DNA of 64,000 nt from Macrostomum hystrix (lineage: Eukaryota > Animalia > Platyhelminthes). Position 1 is the stretch's first letter. Each line of letters opens with the position of its first letter. Positions 34,612 to 46,998 of this stretch are shown here, in pieces. The position numbers were made by a program, and so were the translations under genes. The DNA is taken from assembly GCA_950097015.1 (NCBI GenBank), contig CATNEN010000030.1, forward strand, positions 3,906,001 through 3,970,000. The letters are read 5' to 3'. A model generated the notes under the pieces. It was not told where the DNA came from, searched no databases, and saw nothing but the letters and a program-made list of their open reading frames with translations.

Positions 34612-35532
34612 TGGGTTAGGGTGTGGGATTCATAGGGGTTAGTGTGTGGGATTCATTGGGGTTAGGGTGTGAGATTTATAGGGGTTAGGGTGTGGGATTC
34701 ATTGGGGTTTGGGTGTGGGATTTATAGGGGTTAGGGTGTGGGATTCATTGGGGTTAGGGTGTGGGATTCATTGGGGTTAGGGTGTGGGATTTATAGGGGT
34801 TAGGGTGTGGGATTCATTGGGGTTAGGGTGTGGGATTCATAGGGGTTAGGGTGTGGGATTCATAGGGGTTAGGGTGTGGGATTCATAGGGGTTAGGGTGT
34901 GGGATTTATAGGGGTTAGGGTGTGGGATTCATTGGGGTTAGGGTGTGGGATTCATAGGGGTTAGGGTGTGGGATTTATAGGGGTTAGGGTGTGGGATTCA
35001 TTGGGGTTAGGGTGTGGGATTCATTGGGGTTAGGGTGTGGGATTTATAGGGGTTAGGGTGTGGGATTCATAGGGGTTAGGGTGTGGGATTCATTGGGGTT
35101 AGGGTGTGGGCTTTATGGGGGTTAGGGTGTGGGATTCATAGGGGTTAGGGTGTGGGATTCATAGGGGTTAGGGTGTGGGATTTCTAGGGGTTAGGGTGTG
35201 GGATTTATAGGGGTTAGGGTGTGGGATTTATAGGGGTTAGGGTGTGGGATTCATTGGGGTTAGGGTGTGGGATTCATTGGGGTTAGGGTGTGGGATTTAT
35301 AGGGGTTAGGGTGTGGGATTCATAGGGGTTAGGGTGTGGGATTCATTGGGGTTAGGGTGTGGGATTCATAGGGGTTAGGGTGTGGGATTCATAGGGGTTT
35401 GGGTGTGGGATTAATAGGGGTTAGGGTGTGGGATTCATTGCGGTTAGGGTGTGGGATTCATAGGGGTTAGGGTGTGGGATTCATAGGAGTTAGGGTGTGG
35501 GATTTATAGGGGTTAGGGTGTGGGATTCAGTG
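34612..35532. repeat. 23-bp G-rich minisatellite containing TTAGGG (GGGGTTAGGGTGTGGGATTCATA), about 40 copies
   Basis: Tandem periodicity of 23; matches the G3+N1-7 quadruplex pattern. Confidence 0.95.
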
Positions 35533-36756
35533 GGTTTGTGTTATGGATGATTCTGTTTTAGGTGTCTCCGCCAAATAACACGCAACTTTAACGACACTTG
35601 CAGGATAAATCTTATCAGTAAAAAATAAGTTAATAATTATATTGTATTTATAGGGCCATAAGCATTGAATATGGCGCTACATAATGATAGTATTGTGCTA
35701 GAAAAGTATTTTACTGACTGCTTGCGCAACCGTATTTGGGTGGGGTAGTTTATGAGTTTCGACAGTAAACTAAAAACGATTCGCTTCCTCAATAGCGAGT
35801 AGCAGTTTGAAGTGACAAGAATTGCTATTTAGGATATCAAATTAGAGCGACTCAATAAAGCATTGATGCTCGCAGTCCGTGATGTGAGTGTTCACGGATG
35901 AACAAGTCGTGCTACTGTCACGCTTTGGCATGTAGATATAGACTCTCTGGTGCTTAGAATATTAGAAAACCTATATGCCTTTCTCTGGACAAGTTTCGGT
36001 TAGAATTCGGTTAATTAGACAGCAATTCGAATGCTACCCTACAACCTTCTAGAAAAACTTGTTTAGTTACATACAATTCGGCAAAAAATATTATTTCATT
36101 TGGATCCGTGACTCTATCTATGCTACTTCCAGTAGTCTTAGTAGTTTAAGGCTAAAATAGAACAGTTATAGAATAAAGCGAAAACTGAAAAGCGAATAAC
36201 AAAACAACATAAGTGAATTACAAAGCATGCTTCAGCGATTAGAAAACAGATAGGAGCTGCTGCTAGGTTGTCTACTAATGAGTTTGAAGCTCGTGACCTT
36301 ACCTAAGAAAGTTGTTAGGAAAAAAGTTGTGTTCTGCAGGAGAAACATAAATGTGTAGATATGCACAAATTCAAATTTTACTGCAAGCAAATTGTGTGTA
36401 TACACTCGTAATGAACATAAAAAGACAATAAACTACAATATAGCACGCAAAACCGAACAACCTTTTTGCTTTAACATACAACCTTTGCTTTAACAAGTTT
36501 GAAACGAGCGAAACCAGACAGACAAATAAGATAGAAAGATAAAGAAAAACATATAAAAGTTTATAAGAGTTACAACCATTCTGGGACACGAAAAAGTCGT
36601 AGTGAAATTGCAAATAAAACAAATTATCCGTCGATGCCGTTAAAAAAATGAGAAAAGCAATATAAAATTGTGCAATTCAAATTTTATTTTAGCTTTTTAA
36701 AGACAAGACAATCTGGGATAGTAATTGCTGAGAGGAATATTTTGGGATCACTGAGC

Positions 36757-37036
36757 TGCTATAGCGACTTTGCAAATCCTCGAAACAGGATCCGTAGACT
36801 TGCCCAAAGTAGAATTTGCCCGGAAACGATAAATGTAACCCTAGAAGCAGTGGATAGCAATGTGAGCAGCAATGTGAGCAGTCTACTGCTTATTCCAGTC
36901 CTGGCATATTCCAGAGTCAGTTTGCCCTTGAGTCGCAAATCTATTTCTAGGCATCTAGTCGCGCATCTAGTTTCTATAGCCTCAGTGTCTCTCATTTGGC
37001 AAGTGAAAAGTTTTTAGATTTCCTGTCGCCATAGCA
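36757..37036. mobile_element. Candidate 280-bp MITE or solo LTR with TG..CA ends
   Basis: TIR TGCTATAGCGAC / GTCGCCATAGCA (11/12); flanks ACTGAGC (left) and ACTGAGA (right) resemble a target-site duplication. Confidence 0.45.
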
Positions 37037-37405
37037 ACTGAGACTAGGTTGATATCAGCAACTCTGCTAGAAAGCTATGAGTACGAGCCAAATAAGCCAC
37101 TTTAGCTTTCAGAGCATAAATCGAAACTAGAAAAGACCACGGTAACTAAGGTCAACTTCTCAGTTGCTATGCGAATGTGATTTAAATGTTGAAAGGCCGG
37201 ATTATTAGACATTGGTACGAGGGACACTCGACTGCAAGAAGAAAAATAGACTGAAGAGGAAGGATTATGAAAAAGTGTAACAAAAATAAATAAATTACTT
37301 TTCAACGTCTGGCTGCTTCCAAAAAGCAGACATAATTAGGCTGGCTAGAGAAACATCCCTTCCGGCTTCCTGGCAAATAAAAACTATAAGTCCTCCGCCG
37401 CTTCC

Positions 37406-40400
37406 TCACCACCAAGCGCCCAGAGCCGTCAAGCTGAGGAGGCCGACAACAACTGCCGACGCAATGGCTGAGGCCGGAGAAGCCAGTGTCAAACTCTGAG
37501 TGCTCTTCTTGGGCTCCCGGATGCACGGCACGGCTGCTGAAGGGGTTCCAGTGCGGGCCGGCAATTAGCTGCGAGGCTAGACTAGCAATCCATTCTATTC
37601 CTTCATCAATAGGCTAGACTAGCAATCCATTCTATTCCTTCATCAATAGGCTAGACTAGCAATCCATTCTATTCCTTCATCAATAGGCTAGACTAGCAAT
37701 CCATTCTATTCCTTCATCAATAGGCTAGACTAGCAATCCATTCTATTCCTTCATCCATGAGGCTAGACTAGCAATCCATTCTATTCCTTCATCCATGAGG
37801 CTAGACTAGCAATCCATTCTATTCCTTCATCCATGAGGCTAGACTAGCAATCCATTATATTCCTTCATCAATGAGGCTAGACTAGCAATCCATTATATTC
37901 CTTCATCAAAGAGGCTAGACTAGTAATCCATTATATTCCTTCATCAATGAGGCAAGACTAGTAATCCATTCTATTCCTTCATCAATGAGGCTAGACTAGC
38001 AATCCATTATATTCCTTCATCAAAGAGGCAAGACTAGTAATCCATTCTATTCCTTCATCAATGAGGCTAGACTAGCAATCCATTCTATTCCTTCATCAAT
38101 GAGGCTAGACTAGTAATCCATTCTATTCCTTCATCAATGAGGCTAGACTAGCAATCCATTCTATTCCTTCATCAATGAGGCTAGACTAGCAATCCATTCA
38201 ATTCCTTCATCAATGAGGCTAGACTGCCAGTCCATTATATTCCTTCATCAGTGAGGCTAGACTAGCAATCCATTCTATTCCTTCATCAAAGAGGCTAGAC
38301 TAGCAATCCATTCTATTCCTTCATCAAAGAGGCTAGACTAGCAGTCCATTATATTCCTTCATCAAAGAGGCTAGACTAGCAATCCATTCTATTCCTTCAT
38401 CAAAGAGGCTAGACTAGCAATCCATTCAATTCCTTCATCAATGAGGCTAGACTAGCAATCCATTATATTCCTTCATCAAAGAGGCAAGACTAGTAATCCA
38501 TTCTATTCCTTCATCAAAGAGGCTAGACTAGCAGTCCATTATATTCCTTCATCAAAGAGGCTAGACTAGCAATCCATTCAATTCCTTCATCAATGAGGCT
38601 AGACTAGCAATTTCCATTCAATTCCTTCATCAATGAGGCTAGACTAGCAATTCATTCTATTCCTTCATCAATGAGGCTAGACTAGCAATCCATTCAATTC
38701 CTTCATCAATGAGGCTAGACTGCCAGTCCATTATATTCCTTCATCAGTGAGGCTAGACTAGCAATCCATTCTATTCCTTCATCAAAGAGGCTAGACTAGC
38801 AATCCATTCAATTCCTTCATCAAAGAGGCTAGACTAGCAGTCCATTATATTCCTTCATCAAAGAGGCTAGACTAGCAGTCCATTCAATTCCTTCATCAAT
38901 GAGGCTAGACTAGCAATCCATTCTATTCCTTCATCAAAGAGGCTAGACTAGCAATTCATTCAATTCCTTCATCAATGCGGCTAGACTAGCAATCCATTAT
39001 ATTCCTTCATCAAAGAGGCTAGACTAGCAATTCATTCTATTCCTTCATCAAAGAGGCTAGACTAGCAATCCATTCTATTCCTTCATCAAAGAGGCTAGAC
39101 TAGCAGTCCATTATATTCCTTCATCAGTGAGGCTAGACTAGCAATCCATTCTATTCCTTCATCAAAGAGGCTAGACTAGCAATCCATTCTATTCCTTCAT
39201 CAAAGAGGCTAGACTAGCAATCCATTATATTCCTTCATCAATGAGGCTAGACTAGCAGTCCATTATATTCCTTCATCAATGAGGCTAGACTAGCAATCCA
39301 TTCAATTCCTTCATCAATGCGGCTAGACTAGCAATCCATTATATTCCTTCATCAAAGAGGCTAGACTAGCAATTCATTCTATTCCTTCATCAATGAGGCT
39401 AGACTAGCAATCCATTCAATTCCTTCATCAATGAGGCTAGACTAGCAATCCATTCTATTCCTTCATCAAAGAGGCTAGACTAGCAATCCATTCTATTCCT
39501 TCATCAACGGGCTAGACTAGCAATCCATTCTATTCCTTCATCAACGGGCTAGACTAGCAGTCCATTCTATTCCTTCATCAATGAGGCTAGACTAGCAGTC
39601 CATTATATTCCTTCATCAATAGGCTAGACTAGCAATCCATTATATTCCTTCATCAACGGGCTAGACTAGCAATCCACCGCACCCAATCAAGCATGTTTAA
39701 CCAGTCGCAAGCTAGAACAGGTCTCACCGCTTCTCTGCATGTACTCGCGAATGTTTCTCATCTGAGCACTCCAGAAGTTGCACTGCCGGCGCCGAAGATT
39801 CTCGCCGACTCTGTAGCTGCCGGGTCCCTGCTTGACGTCCAGCACAATGTGCGACCTATTGCCGATCCTGTAGGGCGGCCAGGTCATGATGTGCTCCTGG
39901 ATGTTCCGCGTGCCCTCCGGTTGGTTCGGGTTGCTGTCGAGTGAGTTCAGTCATTGGATCTGATTTGAGCTATCCAAAAGTGCAGGTAAATCTGTGCGCT
40001 CTAGACTCACCCAGTTTTGGCAAAGTTGGACCAAAATTTGATCATATCCTTGCTGAGCTCCTCCTCAGGCGGCGTGTAAGTGAAGAAGTTCCTGGTGAAA
40101 TTCTCGTTGAACGGCATTCCGAACACGTAGTCGAGTTCATAGCCGTGCATGGCTCCCGTCCACTCTGGCACCGTCAGGCTCTGCGTGCGGTGCTCAAATG
40201 AGTACATCCAGACATTGTTACCTAGGCTGGCTTTGCGCTCCAGGAACCTCAGGTAGTACTCGGCGAAGTCAATCACGGGACACTTGAAGGTGTTGTCCCC
40301 GGTCAGCGCGTCGATAGCGTCCAGCACGTCCTTGCTGGACCAATGGCGGAAGCCGAACCTGTTAGACGGCAGCTGGTACTCGAAGGACACGGAGTCGATA

Positions 40401-43400
40401 ATCAGCGGGTTCAGGTTCTGGCTAGCCATGAAGTACTTTGCCAGAATAAGTGGTGGGTCAACCTCCACGTGTCTCATGCTGGCCTTCATATCCTCCAGTG
40501 CGTTCTTCTGGAGTTTGTTGAGCGAGCTGGCCCACCAGAATGGCAGGTGCCAATTGCTCTGGTTCTGGTTCTGGTTCTTCGGTATGAAGAACTGGCTTAG
40601 CGCGTACACGATCCAGAAAATGCCTTCGTTCTTCACCACACCTGATGGTCACGAGGAGGCAGTGAGGCTCAAATTAATAATACGTGTGCACAAAATGACA
40701 GAAAAGGGTTGACAACGGATGCACAGAATGACAGTCTAGGACAGATAACAGATGCACAGAGAGACAGTCTAGGACAGATAACAGATGCACAGAATGACAG
40801 TCTAGGACAGATAACAGATGCACAGAGAGACAGTCTAGGACTGATAACCGATTCACAGAGTGACAGTCTAGGACAGATAACAGATGCACAGAGAGACAGT
40901 CTAGGACAGATAACAGATGCACAGAATGACAGTCTAGGACAGATAACTGATTCACAGAGTGACAGTCTAGGACAGATAACCAATTCACAGAGTGACAGTC
41001 TAGGACAGATAACCAATTCACAGAGTGACAGTCTAGGACTGATAACAAATTCACGGAGTGACAGTCTAGGACTGATAACAGATGCACAGAGTGACAGTCT
41101 AGGACAGATAACAGATGCACAGAGTGACAGTCTAGGACTGATAACCGATTCACAGAATGACAGTCTAGGACAGATAACTGATTCACAGAGTGACAGTCTA
41201 GGACAGATAACCAATTCACAGAGTGACAGTCTAGGACTGATAACAAATTCACGGAGTGACAGTCTAGGACTGATAACAGATGCACAGAGTGACAGTCTAG
41301 GACTGATAACAGATGCACAGAGTGACAGTCTAGGACTGATAACCGATTCACAGAATGACAGTCTAGGACAGATAACTGATTCACAGAGTGACAGTCTAGG
41401 ACAGATAACCAATTCACAGAGTGACAGTCTAGGACTGATAACCGATTCACAGAATGACAGTCTAGGACAGATAACTGATTCACAGAGTGACAGTCTAGGA
41501 CAGATAACCAATTCACAGAGTGACAGTCTAGGACTGATAACAGATGCACAGAGTGACAGTCTAGGACAGATAACTGATTCACAGAATGACAGTCTAGGAC
41601 AGATAACTGATTCACAGAGTGACAGTCTAGGACAGATAACCAATTCACAGAGTGACAGTCTAGGACAGATAACCAATTCACAGAGTGACAGTCTAGGACT
41701 GATAACAAATTCACGGAGTGACAGTCTAGGACTGATAACAGATGCACAGAGTGACAGTCTAGGACAGATAACAGATGCACAGAGTGACAGTCTAGGACTG
41801 ATAACCAATTCACAGAGTGACAGTCTAGGACTGATAACAAATTCACGGAGTGACAGTCTAGGACTGATAACAGATGCACAGAGTGACAGTCTAGGACTGA
41901 TAACCGATTCACAGAGTGACAGTCTAGGACAGATAACCAATTCACAGAGTGACAGTCTAGGATAGATAACCAATTCACAGAGTGACAGTCTAGGACTGAT
42001 AACAGATGCACAGAGTGACAGTCTAGGACAGATAACCAATTCACAGAGTGACAGTCTAGGACTGATAACCGATTCACAGAGTGACAGTCTAGGACTGATA
42101 ACAGATGCACAGAGTGACAGTCTAGGACTGATAACAGATGCACAGAGTGACAGTCTAGGACTGATAACAGATGCACAGAGTGACAGTCTAGGACTGATAA
42201 CAGATGCACAGAGTGACAGTCTAGGACTGATAACAGATGCACAGAGTGACAGTCTAGGACAGATAACCAATTCACAGAGTGACAGTCTAGGACTGATAAC
42301 CGATTCACAGAGTGACAGTCTAGGACTGATAACCGATTCACAGAGTGACAGTCTAGGACTGATAACAGATGCACAGAGTGACAGTCTAGGACTGATAACA
42401 GATGCACAGAGTGACAGTCTAGGACTGATAACAGATGCACAGAGTGACAGTCTAGGATTGATAACAGATGCACAGAGTGACAGTCTAGGACTGATAACAG
42501 ATGCACAGAGTGACAGTCTAGGACAGATAACCAATTCACAGAGTGACAGTCTAGGACTGATAACAGATGCACAGAGTGACAGTCTAGGACTGATAACAGA
42601 TGCACAGAGTGACAGTCTAGGACTGATAACAGATGCACAGAGTGACAGTCTAGGACTGATAACAGATGCACAGAGTGACAGTCTAGGACAGATAACCAAT
42701 TCACAGAGTGACAGTCTAGGACTGATAACCGATTCACAGAGTGACAGTCTAGGACTAATAACATATTCACAGAGTGACAGTCTAGGACTGATAACAGATG
42801 CACAGAGTGACATTCTAGGACTAATAACATATTCACAGAGTGACAGTCTAGGACTGATAACAGATGCACAGAGTGACAGTCTAGGACAGATAACCGATTT
42901 TAATTTCCATGGGCCCGTCTCATTGAACATTCTAAAGCATTCTCTTTTACTTTTCCTACACGAACTGCCAGAGCGAATAGTACTGGGAAAGAAATTGCTG
43001 ACCTAGGTTAATCCAGGGTCGGATGCAGAAACTGAAATCTTTTGTAGCGATCTTTTAACCGCGATAAGATCAGAGAAGCTGAGAGCCAGACTGGAGAGAC
43101 AAAAGCAAATGTTGCCAGGCGATAGTCAAAGCTGCAGGCTTATCAAGATTCGCATTAAAGAAACACTCGCGTCACACGGAAGACAAGAGAACTGTTTTTT
43201 TTCCTGGCTTGAGAGAGAGCCTCAGGATGGGAGTTTCTTCCCAACGTGATGCGTGAGATGAGAATAGGCAAAACTGACTAAGTGAGAGCCAAATGCGATT
43301 AAAACAAAATACATTTCTCTGCCCGATGATAGATTAGAAAGCGTTCAGTCGTTTTGCAAGATTTCGACACAGAACTTGAACAGAAGATTAGCCGCAGAAA

Positions 43401-46400
43401 AAGCAAGATATGGCACAAGCTCGCCCAGCATCTTCACACAGGCCACGTGCCTCGCTCATGACTACGCAATGGCTCAAGATTTTGTTTAGTTTGGTGTGGT
43501 TTGGTTTAGTTTAGTGTGGTTTGGTTTAGTTTAGTGTGGTTTGGTTTAGTTTAGTGTGGTTTGGTTTAGTTTAGTGTGGTTTGGTTTAGTTTAGTGTGGT
43601 TTGGTTTAGTTTAGTGTGGTTGTGTGTGGTTTGGTGTGGTTGTGTGTGGTTTGGTGTGGTTGTGTGGTTCGGTGTGGTTGTGTGTGGTTTGGTGTGGTTG
43701 TGTGTGGTTTGGTGTGGTTTGGTGTGGTTTGGTGTGGTTGTGTGTGGTTTGGTGTGGTTTGGTGTGGTTGTGTGAGGTTTGGTGTGGTTGTGTGTGGTTT
43801 GGTGTTGTTTGGAGTGGTTTGGTGTGGTTGTGTGTGGTTTGGTGTGGTTGTGTGTGGTTTGGTGTGGTTTGGTGTGGTTGTGTGTGGTTTGGTGTGGTTT
43901 GGTGTGGTTTGGTGTGGTTTGGTGTGGTTTGGTGTGGTTTGGTGTGGTTTGGTGTGGTTTGGTGTGGTTTGGTGTTGTTTGGAGTGGTTTGGTGTGGTTG
44001 TGTGTGGTTTGGTGTTGTTTGGAGTGGTTTGGAGTGGTTTGGAGTGGTTTGGTGTGGTTTGGAGTGGTTTGGAGTGGTTTGGAGTGGTTTGGTGTGGTTT
44101 GGAGTGGTTTGGTGTGGTTTGGTGTTGTTTGGAGTGGTTTGGAGTGGTTTGGAGTGGTTTGGAGTGGTTTGGTGTGGTTTGGTGTGGTTTGGTGTGGTTT
44201 GGTGTGGTTTGGTGTGGTTGTGTGTGGTTTGGTGTGGTTTGGTGTTGTTTGGTGTGGTTTGGTGTGGTTTGGAGTAGTTTGGTGTGGTTTGGTGTGATTT
44301 GGTGTGGTTTGGAGTAGTTTGGTGTGGTTTGGTGTTGTTTGGAGTGGTTTGGTGTGGTTTGGTGTGGTTGTGTGAGGTTTGGTGTGGTTGTGTGTGGTTT
44401 GGTGTTGTTTGGAGTGGTTTGGTGTGGTTGTGTGTGGTTTGGTGTGGTTGTGTGTGGTTTGGTGTGGTTTGGTGTGGTTGTGTGTGGTTTGGTGTGGTTT
44501 GGTGTGGTTTGGTGTGGTTTGGTGTGGTTTGGTGTGGTTTGGTGTGGTTTGGTGTTGTTTGGAGTGGTTTGGTGTGGTTTGTTGTGGTTTGGTGTTGTTT
44601 GGAGTGGTTTGGAGTGGTTTGGAGTGGTTTGGTGTGGTTTGGAGTGGTTTGGAGTGGTTTGGAGTGGTTTGGTGTGGTTTGGAGTGGTTTGGTGTGGTTT
44701 GGTGTTGTTTGGAGTGGTTTGGAGTGGTTTGGAGTGGTTTGGAGTGGTTTGGTGTGGTTTGGTGTGGTTTGGTGTGGTTTGGTGTGGTTTGGTGTGGTTT
44801 GGAGTGGTTTGGTGTGGTTTGGTGTGGTTTGGTGTGGTTTGGTGTTGTTTGGAGTGGTTTGGAGTGGTTTGGAGTGGTTTGGAGTGGTTTGGTGTGGTTT
44901 GGTGTGGTTTGGTGTGGTTTGGTGTGGTTTGGTGTGGTTTGGTGTGGTTTGGTGTTGTTTGGAGTGGTTTTGAGTGGTTTGGTGTGGTTTGGTGTTGTTT
45001 GGAGTGGTTTGGAGTGGTTTGGTGTGGTTTGGTGTGGTTTGGTGTGGTTTGGTGTGGTTTGGAGTGGTTTGGTGTGGTTTGGTGTGGTTTGGTGTGGTTT
45101 GGTGTGGTTTGGTGTGGTTTGGAGTGGTTTGGTGTGGTTTGGTGTGGTTTGGTGTGGTTTGGTGTGGTTTGGTGTGGTTTGTTGTGGTTTGGTGTTGTTT
45201 GGAGTGGTTTGGAGTGGTTTGGAGTGGTTTGGTGTTGTTTGGAGTGGTTTGGAGTGGTTTGGAGTGGTTTGGTGTGGTTTGGAGTGGTTTGGTGTGGTTT
45301 GGTGTGATTTTGTTAAATTTGGTTTATGCCGCTGTGGTTAGACAATATATAGTTTGTATCTCTACCGATTCTTGTAACTACGAGCCGTATGTTCAAAAAA
45401 GGTTTCTAATGGTTTTTCAACGCTCTCACCTAGCAACATGTCCGTCTTTTTAATGCCATCCTCCGTCCGGACTGTGATTCTCGGATCTTCAGGTATGAAA
45501 TCTGTGCCATAGACTGGCCTGAACGGCAGGTAAAAAAAGTACAGTGGCTCGCTCATGTTTTCCTTTCGACCGATTCGAGTCTGAAATCGATTGTAATGAC
45601 CGACTCGCTCCCGGTTGATTTTCACCACCAATTCAAACAGGCTCTCTTGGATTCGCTCCGCGGTGACTGCCCGCATGCAGTCAACAATGCGCTTCCGATT
45701 GCCGTCGCCCTGGTAGCAGTTGACCAAGTCGGCCAGGTTGTAGGACCTGTACCTGGCCCTGACCTGGTCCTCGCTGGCCCAATAAGCCAGCGCGGAGCCG
45801 CTGTTCAAGATTGCCCTAGAGAAGTACTTCTGCGACTCCGGCAGCAGCATGTGGTAGCTGACGGACACGGCGCCTGCGGACTCGCCGAATATTGTTACTC
45901 TACTCGGGTCACCGCCGAAGTACCTGAAAATGGACGGCGAATGGCTTCTTATTTAGCAACAGAAATTGTGAACAATAAATTACCTCTCGTGAATTTTACC
46001 TGGCATTCGTCCAGATCCATTTCATAGCCAACCGCTGGTCCATGAGTCCCATGTTTCCGGGCGACTCCTCCGCGTCCAGGTGCATGAAGCCCAAAGCCCC
46101 AGTCCGGTATTGCATAGAGGCCACGATGACGTCACCCTTGGAGGCCAGAATCGAGCCATCGTAGATCTCCAAGGAGGCTGAGCCACCGTAGAACCCGCCA
46201 CCAAAAATCCACACCATTATGGCCTTGTTGTCGCCCTGGTTGACCGACGGCGTCCACACGTTTAAGTACAGGCAGTCCTCCGACATCACTGTGTTGTTCC
46301 ACCAGATCAGCAGCGCCGGATTCTGGAAATAATTTTGTTGGAGATGGCATTGTGAGGATACGAATTTCGTGCCGATCTTCCAAAAAACTCAGCTTACCCA

Positions 46401-46935
46401 CCCCAGCACACTGAACTCAGCCTACCCACCCCAGCACACTGAACTCAGCCTACCCACCCCAGCACACTGAACTCAGCCTACCCACCCCAGCACACTGAAC
46501 TCAGCCTACCCACCCCAGCACGCCGAGCGCAGTCAAAACCCAACACCTTCCTTAAGAGGATTCGCGCATTCTCACATGCATCTCAAATTCCTGCTTGCTT
46601 GTTGGCCATGAATAGCAGCTGGGCGGTTTGTAGTAGGCATTGAACGGTTCCCGATAGCTGGCTCCAACCGGAGTGCTGAGCGGCACGGGAGCCCGGAAGC
46701 GCAGTTTACCAACGGGAGGCCTGGCGTATGGAATGCCCAGGAAGTTCCAGATGGTTCTGCCTAAGACACTGCGCTGGAAGCCTCTGATGTGAGAATCATC
46801 TGTTAGGCGCACAATGTGGCTTCCTGTGGAGCCGCTCGGCAGTGGAGGGCCGCCGTCGCCGCTGATTGCTACTCCGCAGCAGGGTCTGGCGGTTACAATG
46901 ACCGATGCCAGCAGCCAGAGCAGCTTCTCGGCCAT
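37406..46935 (-). CDS. ache: Acetylcholinesterase/cholinesterase, secreted, probably GPI-anchored
   Basis: Six exons in phase: 46935-46576, 46322-46000, 45923-45430, 40641-40011, 39933-39728 and 37536-37406. Signal peptide, [33 protein letters not shown] oxyanion hole, catalytic GESAG, KNEG and MHGYE, and a hydrophobic C-terminus ([22 protein letters not shown]). Confidence 0.92.
37575..39675. repeat. 38-bp minisatellite (GAGGCTAGACTAGCAATCCATTCTATTCCTTCATCAAT), about 55 copies, in AChE intron 5
   Basis: Contiguous units with no unique spacers. Confidence 0.97.
40695..42900. repeat. 33-bp minisatellite (CTAGGACTGATAACAGATGCACAGAGTGACAGT), about 67 copies, in AChE intron 3
   Basis: Periodicity of 33; source of ORFs 40669-43006. 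Confidence 0.97.
43485..45305. repeat. (GGTGTGGTTT)n pentamer/decamer satellite with large internal duplications, in AChE intron 3
   Basis: GGTTT/GGTGT/GGAGT/TGTGT variants; a 20-bp GGTTTAGTTTAGTGTGGTTT sub-array at the left edge. Confidence 0.97.
46388..46522. repeat. 28-bp minisatellite, about 5 copies, in AChE intron 1
   Basis: Tandem copies of CTCAGCCTACCCACCCCAGCACACTGAA. Confidence 0.9.
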
Positions 46936-46998
46936 GCTTCTCTGGTCTCTGCAGTTGGCGGACTGAAGTTGGGGGGTGGGGACAGAGCATTGTTAATA

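Noticed and set aside
34612-35532. True telomere or chromosome-end tract
   Set aside because: TTAGGG occurs once per 23-bp unit rather than as a pure hexamer tract, and unique sequence and genes lie on both sides.
37575-39675. 38-bp repeat array as a CRISPR array
   Set aside because: Units are contiguous with no unique spacers, lie in a spliceosomal intron, and no cas genes are present.
40669-45453. Long ORFs (418-753 aa; [20 protein letters not shown]) as proteins
   Set aside because: They are translations of the 33-bp and 5/10-bp arrays inside AChE intron 3; the flanking exons join in phase without them.
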